Assembly (NCBI GenBank): GCA_963818475.1
Contig: CAWFSF010000005.1
Span: forward strand, 1 to 64,000
Direction: 5' to 3'
Origin: Nitrospirota bacterium
GTDB lineage: Bacteria; Nitrospirota; UBA9217
DNA length: 64,000 bases
In this document: positions 28,500 to 38,641 of the stretch, piece after piece
Numbering within the stretch: the stretch's first letter is position 1
Layout of the letters: every line of letters starts with the position of its first letter
The notes under the pieces: generated by a model
The model's database searches: none
What the model was told of the DNA's origin: nothing
What the model saw: only the letters and a program-made list of their open reading frames with translations
Position numbers and translations under genes: made by a program

Positions 28500-29843
28500 T
28501 TGAACGACACCATGACCCCACGCCAGATCGTCGAAGAGCTTGACCGGTACGTGATCGGCCAGTATAAGGCGAAGCGCGCCGTTGCCATTGCACTCCGCAA
28601 CCGCTGGAGGCGCCAGCGCCTGCCGCAGGAGCTGCGCGACGAGGTCATGCCCAAGAATATCATCATGATCGGCCCCACCGGGGTCGGCAAGACCGAGATA
28701 GCGCGGCGCCTGGCGAAGCTCGTCCAGGCTCCCTTCCTCAAGATCGAAGCGTCCAAGTTCACCGAGGTCGGGTACGTGGGACGCGACGTCGAGTCGATCA
28801 TCCGCGACCTCACCGAGATCGGCATCAACATGGTCAAGAACGAGGTATCCGGACAGGTGCAGGAAAAAGCTGCCATTCTGGCCGAGGAACGCCTGCTCGA
28901 TCTTCTGCTTCCGCCGGTCAGGCCCTCCCACGATCAGGAGAACCCGGCCGAGGACCAGCAGGAACAGCACCGCGGAACGCGGGACAAGCTGAGAGAGCAG
29001 CTCCGGGCAGGCAAACTCGATGAGCGGACGGTCGAGATCGACATCAAGGAAAAGGTCATGCCCTTCGGCATCGTCTCCAACGTCGGCATGGAAGAGATCG
29101 AAATGAATCTCAAGGAAATGCTCGGCGGCCTCCTTCCGGAAAAGACGAAGAAGCGGAAGCTCAAGGTCCCCGAGGCGCTGCGCCTGCTGGTGCAGGAAGA
29201 GGCGGTCAAGCTCATCGACATGGAGAAAGTGACCCGAGAAGCGCTCCAGCGTGTGGAGCAGTCCGGCATGGTGTTCCTTGACGAGATCGACAAGATCGCG
29301 GGACGGGACTCGCAGGGGCCCGATGTTTCCCGCCAGGGGGTGCAGCGCGACCTGCTGCCGATCGTCGAAGGATCGACGGTCTCGACCAAACACGGCCCGG
29401 TCCGGACCGACCACATCCTGTTCATCGCGGCCGGCGCGTTCCATACCGCCAAGCCCTCCGACCTCATGCCGGAGCTGCAAGGACGCTTCCCCATCCGCGT
29501 GGAGCTGGATTCCCTGGGCAAGGCGGAGTTCATCCGCATCTTGACGGAGCCGCAGAACGCGCTGATCAAACAGCATGTGGCGCTCATGCAGACCGAGGAC
29601 ATCACCCTGGAATTTTCCAATGACGGTATCGAGGAGATAGCGGGAACAGCGACTACCGTGAATGAGCGCACCGAGAACATCGGCGCACGGAGGCTCCATA
29701 CGATCATGGAACGCATACTGGACGAAATTTCCTTCGAAGCGCCCGAGAGGAAAGGCGCCCGGATCACCATTGACGCGGCCTATATCCGTGAGCGGCTTGC
29801 GGACATCGTAAAGAGCGAGGACCTGAGCCGCTACATCCTTTAG
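28500..29843 (+). CDS. hslU: ATP-dependent protease ATPase HslU
   Basis: [29 protein letters not shown] and ENIGARRL. Confidence 0.97.
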   Translation: MNDTMTPRQIVEELDRYVIGQYKAKRAVAIALRNRWRRQRLPQELRDEVMPKNIIMIGPTGVGKTEIARRLAKLVQAPFLKIEASKFTEVGYVGRDVESIIRDLTEIGINMVKNEVSGQVQEKAAILAEERLLDLLLPPVRPSHDQENPAEDQQEQHRGTRDKLREQLRAGKLDERTVEIDIKEKVMPFGIVSNVGMEEIEMNLKEMLGGLLPEKTKKRKLKVPEALRLLVQEEAVKLIDMEKVTREALQRVEQSGMVFLDEIDKIAGRDSQGPDVSRQGVQRDLLPIVEGSTVSTKHGPVRTDHILFIAAGAFHTAKPSDLMPELQGRFPIRVELDSLGKAEFIRILTEPQNALIKQHVALMQTEDITLEFSNDGIEEIAGTATTVNERTENIGARRLHTIMERILDEISFEAPERKGARITIDAAYIRERLADIVKSEDLSRYIL

Positions 29844-29907
29844 AACAAGCACGAAATACGAATATCGAAATCCTAAATAAATCACTGGGAGATTGAACAT
29901 TGTTTAG

Positions 29908-30834
<927 letters not shown>

Positions 30835-30989
30835 GCCAGTCTCGACATACATGAGCACCAATCTGAACAGCGGGCTGATTTCCGAAAAGAGCCATCCCAA
30901 GCTCCTGTCGCCGATCGTTTCCGCATCGTCTGCGGCGACAGCGGACGGAACAGTGGTCAGGCCAACGCGGTTATCGCAGAACTACCGGT

Positions 30990-31448
30990 ATGGGATCCTC
31001 GAATAAAATACGCTCACATCCTTTTCTGTGCATCCTGTTCATAGCTGCTGTACTGATCAGCGACCGGGCCGGGGCTCAGTCGCTGTCAGCAGGCCAGACA
31101 GCTTCATCATCCGTTTCCCGGCTGGTCGGAACAGTGGAAGGCGGCCCTGTTTCCGGTGCGGTATTCGATGATGGCACAGGCGTCCAATCTTTTTACCCGC
31201 TTCACGGGAAATTGCCTGATGGATCACTTCTCCTCAAGGTGCGAAGCAAGAGCATCGTCGTCAAGAAGAACGATGGCGCACTCTATGAGATATTCACCAC
31301 CTCCGGCGCGAATTCAGCGGTCACGGCCATGCCCTCGCCAAGCATCACCCCTCCCGCGCCAAGAGAATCCGTGCCGGATTCCGCGACAAAACCGCATCGG
31401 CGCAGAGGCAGAACCGCTCGAGATATTGAGCCGGAAAATGAGGAGTGA
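30990..31448 (+). CDS. Hypothetical exported protein
   Basis: Signal-like N-terminus; the RLVGTV..GAV core loosely recalls GspC/PilP-type beta domains. Confidence 0.5.
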   Translation: MGSSNKIRSHPFLCILFIAAVLISDRAGAQSLSAGQTASSSVSRLVGTVEGGPVSGAVFDDGTGVQSFYPLHGKLPDGSLLLKVRSKSIVVKKNDGALYEIFTTSGANSAVTAMPSPSITPPAPRESVPDSATKPHRRRGRTARDIEPENEE

Positions 31449-31498
31449 ACAGCCTTCCAGCACCGTCGAAATTGCTGCTGCGCATTAAAATTCGCCTC

Positions 31499-31531
31499 AA
31501 AAAAGAAGGCCCGGATATTCTTCCGGGCCTC
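31499..31531 (-). terminator. Rho-independent terminator of the cytochrome operon
   Basis: AGGCCCGGA...TCCGGGCCT stem, followed on the minus strand by a T run. Confidence 0.7.
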
Positions 31532-31577
31532 CCCATTCCGCTAGTATTATTTCACTACACGACCATCGCAGCAACCG

Positions 31578-32387
31578 TTACCAGGATCGCGTATCATGAC
31601 AGGACGGCGTGCATGAACCGCCTGTATAGGTAAGAGAGCTGTTCAAGGTCGCTGATGCCGGACCCTCCATGGACGAGGTGTTCAGATTGGTGAAGTGACT
31701 GACTGCAAGCTTCGCGGCGTCATGGCACCTCGTACAGGGGAATCCCTCCGTATTGACATGAAGGTTATGTTCCCCAGAGCTGTAGCTGTTATATTCACCC
31801 GTACCATATGCGTGACACGCGGTGCACTGGGTGTTTACGTCGATTATTCCGCCAGACCAGAGCGGCGTCGTCTGTCCGCCATGGCAGCTCACCGTCGAGC
31901 ACGTACCGTCCGCATTTCGCACGGCGGCGCCGCTTTTTGCATTGTACGCGTTCAGGAACATCAATTCCACAGCACCGTTATAGTGATTCGCTGTGCCGGT
32001 TCCTGCGCCGCTATGACAAGTACCGCAAACATTCGAAACATTGGGTAACGCATTGTGCGCCGGATGCGATAGGCTCCTGTTCGGAGCAACGGATCCCGTC
32101 GGTGGTCTTCCGTGACAGGATGTGCATCCTGTTAAGGTGAGCGGAGATCCCTGCAGATGGCACTGGCCGCAGGACACGCCGGACATTCCGCCGTCGAGAT
32201 CACTCCCATGACATTCCATGCACGTATTAATGTCCTCTTTGCTGGCTGCTGCGTGTTTCGCATACACCCAATCGGACGCATGTTTCCCGGCATCGGAATC
32301 AAAAGGCGCCTGATCGTTCGGCGTTCCGCATCCGGCCAACGCCATGAGAGCGATGAGCAGCAGGAAGCTATACCTTCCTATCGTCAT
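31578..32387 (-). CDS. Multiheme c-type cytochrome lipoprotein (CxxxxCH/CxxCH type, about 8 hemes; ExtD-like)
   Basis: Lipobox ALAGC; CMECH, CGQCH, CTSCH, CGTCH, CSTVSCH, CTACH, CTRCH and CTPSCH; TAATG overlap with the upstream stop. Confidence 0.88.
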   Translation of the reverse strand: MTIGRYSFLLLIALMALAGCGTPNDQAPFDSDAGKHASDWVYAKHAAASKEDINTCMECHGSDLDGGMSGVSCGQCHLQGSPLTLTGCTSCHGRPPTGSVAPNRSLSHPAHNALPNVSNVCGTCHSGAGTGTANHYNGAVELMFLNAYNAKSGAAVRNADGTCSTVSCHGGQTTPLWSGGIIDVNTQCTACHAYGTGEYNSYSSGEHNLHVNTEGFPCTRCHDAAKLAVSHFTNLNTSSMEGPASATLNSSLTYTGGSCTPSCHDTRSW

Positions 32388-32830
32388 TATTTGTGACATG
32401 TTCTGCACCTCTCATTATTCTGACGGCCGTGGCACTTCATGCACGATGCCGGGTTGATCCGGCCGTCGATCTTGTGCTGGTTCAGGTAATCTCCACGATG
32501 GGGGAGCTCCCGTTCCGGTGAGTCCTTGAACTTGTCGCTCGGTTTCAGCTCGTCCTTGTGCGCGTGACAGTCCGAACAGAATGATTCGACATGACAAAGG
32601 CCGCAAGTCTGCGCGTTTTGCCGGGCTGAAAATTTATGTTTGACACCGCCGAATTCGGCCGAATGGTCCATCGATGCCCGCCAGTCAGTATGGCACTGGC
32701 TGCAGATGACCGGCGCCTCAACCTCCACAGGATGTTTCAGGGCCGTGCCTGCCGTGCCGATAGCAGCATGCAGCACGAGAGCAAACACCGGCAGGAGCAG
32801 TAGGAACGTCTTCTTCATCTTATTATTCAT
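32387..32830 (-). CDS. Pentaheme c-type cytochrome (ExtC-like)
   Basis: Signal peptide; CSQCH, CGLCH, CSDCH, CMKCH and CRTCH. Confidence 0.9.
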   Translation of the reverse strand: MNNKMKKTFLLLLPVFALVLHAAIGTAGTALKHPVEVEAPVICSQCHTDWRASMDHSAEFGGVKHKFSARQNAQTCGLCHVESFCSDCHAHKDELKPSDKFKDSPERELPHRGDYLNQHKIDGRINPASCMKCHGRQNNERCRTCHK

Positions 32831-32831
32831 G

Positions 32832-34151
32832 CTACACCCCCTTGCGCTTGCCCAGTTCGGAATCGAACCGGTAATTGAGCTTCAGAAAGAGCCGGACATC
32901 CTTGTCAAAATCAGGATTTTTCGAGTATTCCAGGTCGGCGCCCAGCTTCAACTTTTCCGTCATATCGTAGAGGGCGGCAACTGTGGCCGAATAGGATTTG
33001 TCAACACCATTGATAGGCTCTTGGTACTTCACTTCCAGGAGATCGAGGGAGATGTCCGTCTTGTTGATCCTTTTGGAAGCATAGATCCGATAGATGTCGT
33101 ATTTGAGCCGGTCGGTCTCTCCGTCCATCTTGTGGATCGAGGCCCCCGCGCTGTATGATTTCGGCTGGCTATAGGTCGCTTTGGCGCCATAATAATTAGC
33201 GGTCCCGGCGATATCATAGCCGTAGTTCTTGTAATCTGCCGAAACTGCCCAATTGGTGCTGATCGCGTAGAAGATCTCTTCTCCCAGGATGTTCACTTTC
33301 TCCTTGGGATCGATCGGACCTCCCGGCGTCATGCTGAAGACGCTCGTGGTCGCACCGGCAAAGTAGTCCTCATAATTGATCCAGGTCGCCTCCGTGTTCA
33401 GCCTCACTTTGCTGAAGGGGCCCAGCAGCAGGTAATACGAATGCTCCATCCAGCCGGTCGTCTGAAAGTTGTACGAGGACTTGCCCATCAGCTCAACCTT
33501 GTCGATCGGTTTGAGCCACAGATCAAGAGCCGACTCCCGCCGGAAGGTATCGCTGTTCTTGTCTTCTCTCAGGTAGGAAAGCCCGACGGTATAAAGGTTT
33601 GCACTCTGGTGGGAGACCCGCCCGCCATAGATGGTGTTGTTGCCCGGCGCGTCGATCCCCGTTTCCACGGGAGCTCCGCCGAAGGCCGAGATGCCGAGCC
33701 CTTCCAGAATATCGGTCCTCGCGTAGATGCCATCCACCCGCTCCGCAGCGATGCCTTCAAAAACCATCACGCGGCCAAGGTTCACGACCGCATTATGCTC
33801 CTTCGTCCGGAAACCTACATATCCGTACTGGAGATCACTGCCCTTCTTCTTGTCATTCCCGAAGGAGTCATCCCGCAGATCGTAACCTAACCAGCCGCCG
33901 ACGTGGGCCGAAAGCGACTCACTCCCCAGGTCCTGCACCGTGAAATCGAGATATTCATAGAGCGGCAGCAGTCTGCTGCCATCCGTCGATTCTCGGGACA
34001 AAAGATACGTATTCGAATTACCGGCCATATCGGCTGCCGGCGCATCAATTGGAGCTAAAAGCAGGATCAGCACGAAGAGAAGCACACCCGTCACTGCGCT
34101 GATCGGGGGACCGCCACTCATGCTTCGTTTCGCCACCTTGATACTCATCAC
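32832..34151 (-). CDS. Outer-membrane beta-barrel (porin of a porin-cytochrome complex, ExtB-like)
   Basis: Signal peptide, Tyr/Gly-rich alternating strands, near-terminal LKLNYRF; coupled to two multiheme cytochromes. Confidence 0.78.
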   Translation of the reverse strand: MMSIKVAKRSMSGGPPISAVTGVLLFVLILLLAPIDAPAADMAGNSNTYLLSRESTDGSRLLPLYEYLDFTVQDLGSESLSAHVGGWLGYDLRDDSFGNDKKKGSDLQYGYVGFRTKEHNAVVNLGRVMVFEGIAAERVDGIYARTDILEGLGISAFGGAPVETGIDAPGNNTIYGGRVSHQSANLYTVGLSYLREDKNSDTFRRESALDLWLKPIDKVELMGKSSYNFQTTGWMEHSYYLLLGPFSKVRLNTEATWINYEDYFAGATTSVFSMTPGGPIDPKEKVNILGEEIFYAISTNWAVSADYKNYGYDIAGTANYYGAKATYSQPKSYSAGASIHKMDGETDRLKYDIYRIYASKRINKTDISLDLLEVKYQEPINGVDKSYSATVAALYDMTEKLKLGADLEYSKNPDFDKDVRLFLKLNYRFDSELGKRKGV

Positions 34152-34192
34152 GTTGTTATCTCCTTTCGCTGTCTTCTGATTTTAAATCCAGT

Positions 34193-34217
34193 AATCGTGA
34201 AATCGTGACCTATTATA
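34193..34217 (-). promoter_or_regulatory. -10 element with adjacent tandem direct repeat
   Basis: Minus-strand TATAAT followed by TCACGATT-TCACGATT, upstream of the porin gene. Confidence 0.4.
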
Positions 34218-34424
34218 TTGATTTGATATAAAAAAACAAGACGAATTCTAAAATAAAATACGGTTGTCCACTTATTCCGATCGCCTACCCAGGGAACGAA
34301 TTGCAAGATTCAATGGAGATCCTCACGTTCCGCCGAGCATGTTGAAAACGTAGTTATAGAGAAAACCGGCGCGCACGTAAGGCAGTATTATTGAGACATT
34401 CCCTTTGCGAAGATTCAAAAGATA

Positions 34425-34778
34425 TTACGAACCCAGTCTTGCCTTCCAGACGCTTTTGCCAAAACTGTCTTTTTCCTTAGAAATCCGAAAATACGGCGCA
34501 TTTTCCCTGGGCTCGGATATTTTCCCGTTCGGCAAGGTCATGGTCATGGTCATCTTTACCCTGAACGTCCAAGACCCATCCTTGTTCTGACTACCCCGTT
34601 CCACGACGGTCAGAGGTGATATTATGGTGAAATTATCGCCCTTCAGGATGCCGGAATCGTTTATTGCCTTTACCACTTCTTCGTCCGATGGCCGGGAAAA
34701 ACTGGAACAGCCGGTGCCATTCACCAGTAACGCCGACAGCAATAATAATAACGAAAAAAACATTACTCTGATTTTCAT
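34425..34778 (-). CDS. Hypothetical lipoprotein
   Basis: Hydrophobic leader ending GTGC; AAGGAG RBS. Confidence 0.65.
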   Translation of the reverse strand: MKIRVMFFSLLLLLSALLVNGTGCSSFSRPSDEEVVKAINDSGILKGDNFTIISPLTVVERGSQNKDGSWTFRVKMTMTMTLPNGKISEPRENAPYFRISKEKDSFGKSVWKARLGS

Positions 34779-34948
34779 CTGTTTCGATCTCCTTATGATT
34801 GATGATATTGCTATCTTTTCACTTAATCGATCTTCCAGGAAGGCATCATCGAGGTCGAGCGATTCCCGAAAGTACTAACAATATCAATACTACCTGAAGC
34901 GCTCCTGTTTGTCAAAGCCTTAGCCATTGCGCGCAAAATAACGGGATT

Positions 34949-34981
34949 AAAAAAAGAGGCGGCCCCGATGGGGTCCGCCTC
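34949..34981 (-). terminator. Rho-independent terminator
   Basis: GAGGCGG/CCGCCTC GC-rich stem with a T7 run on the minus strand, after the stop at 35035. Confidence 0.75.
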
Positions 34982-35034
34982 GCTAGTTTTGCATGCGCTG
35001 AAATCCGCACTTGTTCTGTACTCACGACACCATC

Positions 35035-37675
35035 TTACGGTTTAATAGCAGTGCTCCGCGGCTTGTAGATGGCGCCACCATTCGCCTTCATATGGTCCTG
35101 TGCAATGGTGCTGTCGTGGCAGGCGCTGCATGCCGCCGTGATCGGAGACGTCACCAGGGTAGTGCCTGCAGCAGGTGTTGTAACCCCCGTAGCGGCGTTG
35201 TAGCTGAAGCCGCTGCCATAGTTGGTGTCCAGCGTGACATACGGCGAGAACGCGAATGAGCTGGTCGAACTCGAAGCAAGCGTGCCGGTTGCAACGTAGC
35301 TGAACAGCCCGTTTTTCACCAAGGCACCGTTGTTCGAGGTGTACGCGCTGTTACTGTAGTCATAGTAGCCGGTTACATGGCAGGCGTCGCACTTTTTCAG
35401 CAGGTCGGAGCCATCGCCAGAGAGCGGATAGGTGATTTCCGAGAAATTCTCCGTTGCTGAGACTGCATGCCACGTGAACGGCACCTCGCGCTTTGCGGAC
35501 GCATGGATAGCGTGCATTATGTCCTTGGAGTTCGCGGACCAGCCGCTGCTCGTTCTGTTCGGATTGTGGCAGAAGGAGCAGGTCGGTGCGTCATTGCGCT
35601 GACCGGCATGGAACGACGGGTTCGCTCCCAAGTGTCCGTGACAGGCGTTGCACTTGGCCGTGTCGACGGCGCTGCGCCGTGCAGTGTATCCCGCAGCTGC
35701 CATAGACTTATCAGGAGCCGGCACGATGAGACCGCCGACGCCGATGCCTGTCGACGCGTTCGTCTGCGAGAACGTACAGGCAGTAACCAGGTTCGGATCG
35801 GAGAAGGTGTAACCCGTGGTCTGGGTGAGCGGCGGTGCGGACGACAAGCTGTAGGTGTAGCCTACTCCGCCGGTCAGCATGGTGGCATCGGGCGCAACCT
35901 GCACTCCCGTCAGCGTGATGGTGTACGTGGGAGCTGAGCTTATATCCAGAATGCCCGCGCCGGTTCCGGTCGCGGTACCTTTCCAGATGTTCTTGATATA
36001 CCCGCCGGCCGTAACGTTATAGTCTGCCGGGGTCGCGATACCGTCCTGAGGAACAGCCCAGGCAAACTGCACGCTCGGCGAGCCGACAAAATTGTTGAAC
36101 AGCTGGCCCGACGTGTTCGTGTTGAAGCTGACCGGGGTGCCGTCCATCAGGATCTGGAACCCGATCGAAGGCCGGAGTGCGCCGTTCACCGAGGTCGTCG
36201 CGACGCTCAAGACATTATAGGTGACCACGATTGCGCCCGGGGGCGGCACATCATTCGACGCTACGACGCAGGCGGCATTGGTGTTGTTGTTCGTGCCGCC
36301 GGCCAATGCGTTGTTCGGGTCTGGTTCTGCGATGGCGACATGGAGATTTAAAATTTCTGTAGAGTCATGACATAAAGTACACTGACAGTCGTCGGTCTGG
36401 TCCCAAGCCGGTGTGCAGTGTGAAACCCGGCGGCCAGCAGGACTCACGAAGGTGATGTTGTCATGACAGGCGCCGCAGGCCTTCCTGCTGGGATTGGTCA
36501 GGTGTCTGCCGCCCTCAGTGCCGGCATGGCAGGTGGTGCACTTGCGGACATCCTGAGGATAGGTGACCTCATTGTACGAGAACACCGCCATAACTATAGC
36601 CCTGCAGACTGAGTTTATTGCCCTTATGGATCTGATGGATCAACCTGACAAATTCACCGGACGCGAAACCGCCGGCTGTTGAGGTCGGATCAGAGCCGAG
36701 AGCCACCTGGCCGCTCACGATATTGGTGCTGCCGGTCAGGACACCGTTTGCATCCGGAGATGATGCGGTACGACCGTTTGCACGCTGATAGGTGTGGCAC
36801 ATGACGCAGTATTTCGGGTCGTCACGCCCGCCGTGAGGAGTGGTAATGCCGAGCTGGTAGTGGCAGGCATCGCAGGCGCCCTCTGCAACAATGTCATGCT
36901 GTATCGGTGTGCCCGGGAAAGCTTGCGCGGGAACGAAGTCCCTGGTCAGGTCCAGCGGCTCCTCGTTGAGCGTGCCCCCGGCAACGGCCCCAAAGACCCG
37001 GATCGCCAGACGGTGGGTCTTGTTCGGATCATAGGTTACGCCGGGAACCGTTGTTACGTTCTTATTCATGGTGTAGGTGTAGGTGCCGTTGCCATTGTCC
37101 ACGAAGTTTGCTGCTGTACCCTCGTCAGTCGGCCGGGAGGTCGCTGTGGCCACCTCATAGCTCTGCCAATAGGAGGGGAAAGAGTTCGTGGCAGATTCAA
37201 CAAGTTGGGCAAGAGTTACGCGCAAGTTGACCACGTTCGCTCCCGACACATTCGCCTTCAGGCCGACGATGCCGTGGCCCGCGCCATCAGTTATGGTAAA
37301 ATTGACGACCGGCGTCACCGTAGCGATGGTGACGAGATCGATAGTGCCGGCCATCTTGATCCCGGCCAGCTGTGCAGCATTCTGTTGATTGATGTCCACC
37401 ACCAGACCACTGGTCGCCGTAAGCTGAGTCACCGTAAGCGGCGCCGTGAAGGGCGATTGCGAGGACAGGGCATGCACATCCGTAATATTCGCTATGGCGC
37501 CGGGACCATGGCAAATGAGGCACTGCTCATTAGCTGCGCCTGCCGTCAAATCCTGCCCGGGTGCGCCTGGCGCTCCGGCCGACCCTGTGTCACCTTTACA
37601 GCCAGCCAGCAGAAAAACAATAAAAAGCAGCGAAAAACATATTGCACCGAATTGATGGACCTTCTTACGAGTCAT
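35035..37675 (-). CDS. OmcA/MtrC-family decaheme cytochrome lipoprotein 1 (frameshift near 36585)
   Basis: Lipobox LLAGC and Gxx repeats; CLICH, CDACH, CVMCH, CTTCH, CGACH, CTLCH, CNACH, CSFCH, CDACH and CSACH; LIHQIH/IMHAIH and VTYP/ITYP motifs; DNGNGTYTY barrel motif. Confidence 0.88.
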
Positions 37676-38061
37676 AGCTTTTTTCTCCCTTTCGTTAATT
37701 TTAAAATAAAAAAAATTTTGCCCCCTCGACACGTATTCGAACATAGAAGCCGGATCGTCTGGTCATCCCATCCCTCCCCTCTTGGATGTTCGTTGCACGA
37801 ATTGCATCACATCCATCCGATTTTTTCATTGGTGCTAAAAAAAAGCTCCCGCAATTTTTAGTCAGATTCATTATTAAAGTCCCCCTCAATAAACGGCACC
37901 GAGAGGCTGTGAAAGCTGCGGGTATAATTTTTCTCATTCTTTGTAATTATTATTCTTTTTGGTTTCGGCCTGTTCCGCTTGCGCAGACTTTGTTTGTCCG
38001 GGTTAGGATGAGTTTTTCGCGATCCGATGATTAAACTGTTATTTTCCACATATAAAATGAA

Positions 38062-38087
38062 CTTAGCTCTATTTTCTATTTTGTCAA
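38062..38087 (-). promoter_or_regulatory. Sigma70-type promoter candidate for cytochrome 1
   Basis: Minus-strand TTGACA-16 bp-TAAGTT, about 390 bp upstream of the start. Confidence 0.35.
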
Positions 38088-38348
38088 GTTGCGGTCCGGC
38101 TGAATTCAACTACCATTCATAAGGTAGGCACGAACTTAATACTTTCGTATTAATGTGCTTGCTCAATGTGACTTTAGGTTGCGCTAATATGGGCGAAACC
38201 CCTCTGTCTCGGCAGCCTTGTGCAGCGATCAATAGTTCGGAAAGCGCGCATTGTCTGGTATATGGCGAAAGGCTCGAGGGAGGGTTAGAAAAATCGAGTA
38301 AGGATGCTTCGTTCTTCAGGTGTGTGAGAATCGGTTTTGTTTCGGCAT

Positions 38349-38428
38349 GCAATAATGAACTTTCATTCAACAAACTGCTACTAACTGCACATACCCCCCC
38401 CTGATACTAATGTTTACCTCGCATATGC
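38349..38428 (-). repeat. Degenerate copy of the cytochrome 2 leader and start (cf. 40829-40931)
   Basis: ATTCAACAAACTGCwACTAACTGCACA matches at 26 of 27 bp, and TGATACTAATG is shared. Confidence 0.75.
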
Positions 38429-38576
38429 TTCTACAGAAACAGCGCTAGCTCCCAAGTTCTTCCAAGCCCGTGCTCGGGACAGACTAGAACGCGCCCTGAA
38501 GCATCTGTCGAGGATTTAACAGTAAGTGCAACCAAGGTTTTGATCCTTCATTCGTATTGAACCATGGTCCGCGCAC

Positions 38577-38604
38577 AAAAAAGGGCGGACCTTTCGGTCC
38601 GCCC
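38577..38604 (-). terminator. Rho-independent terminator
   Basis: Perfect GGGCGGACC-TTTC-GGTCCGCCC stem with T6 on the minus strand. Confidence 0.85.
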
Positions 38605-38641
38605 TGCTGAACGTCTCTGAAATTAAATTACCCTTTCAAAG

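Noticed and set aside
38110-38373. 87 aa ORF between the decaheme genes
   Set aside because: TTG start inside the duplicated leader, no RBS, atypical composition and no motif.
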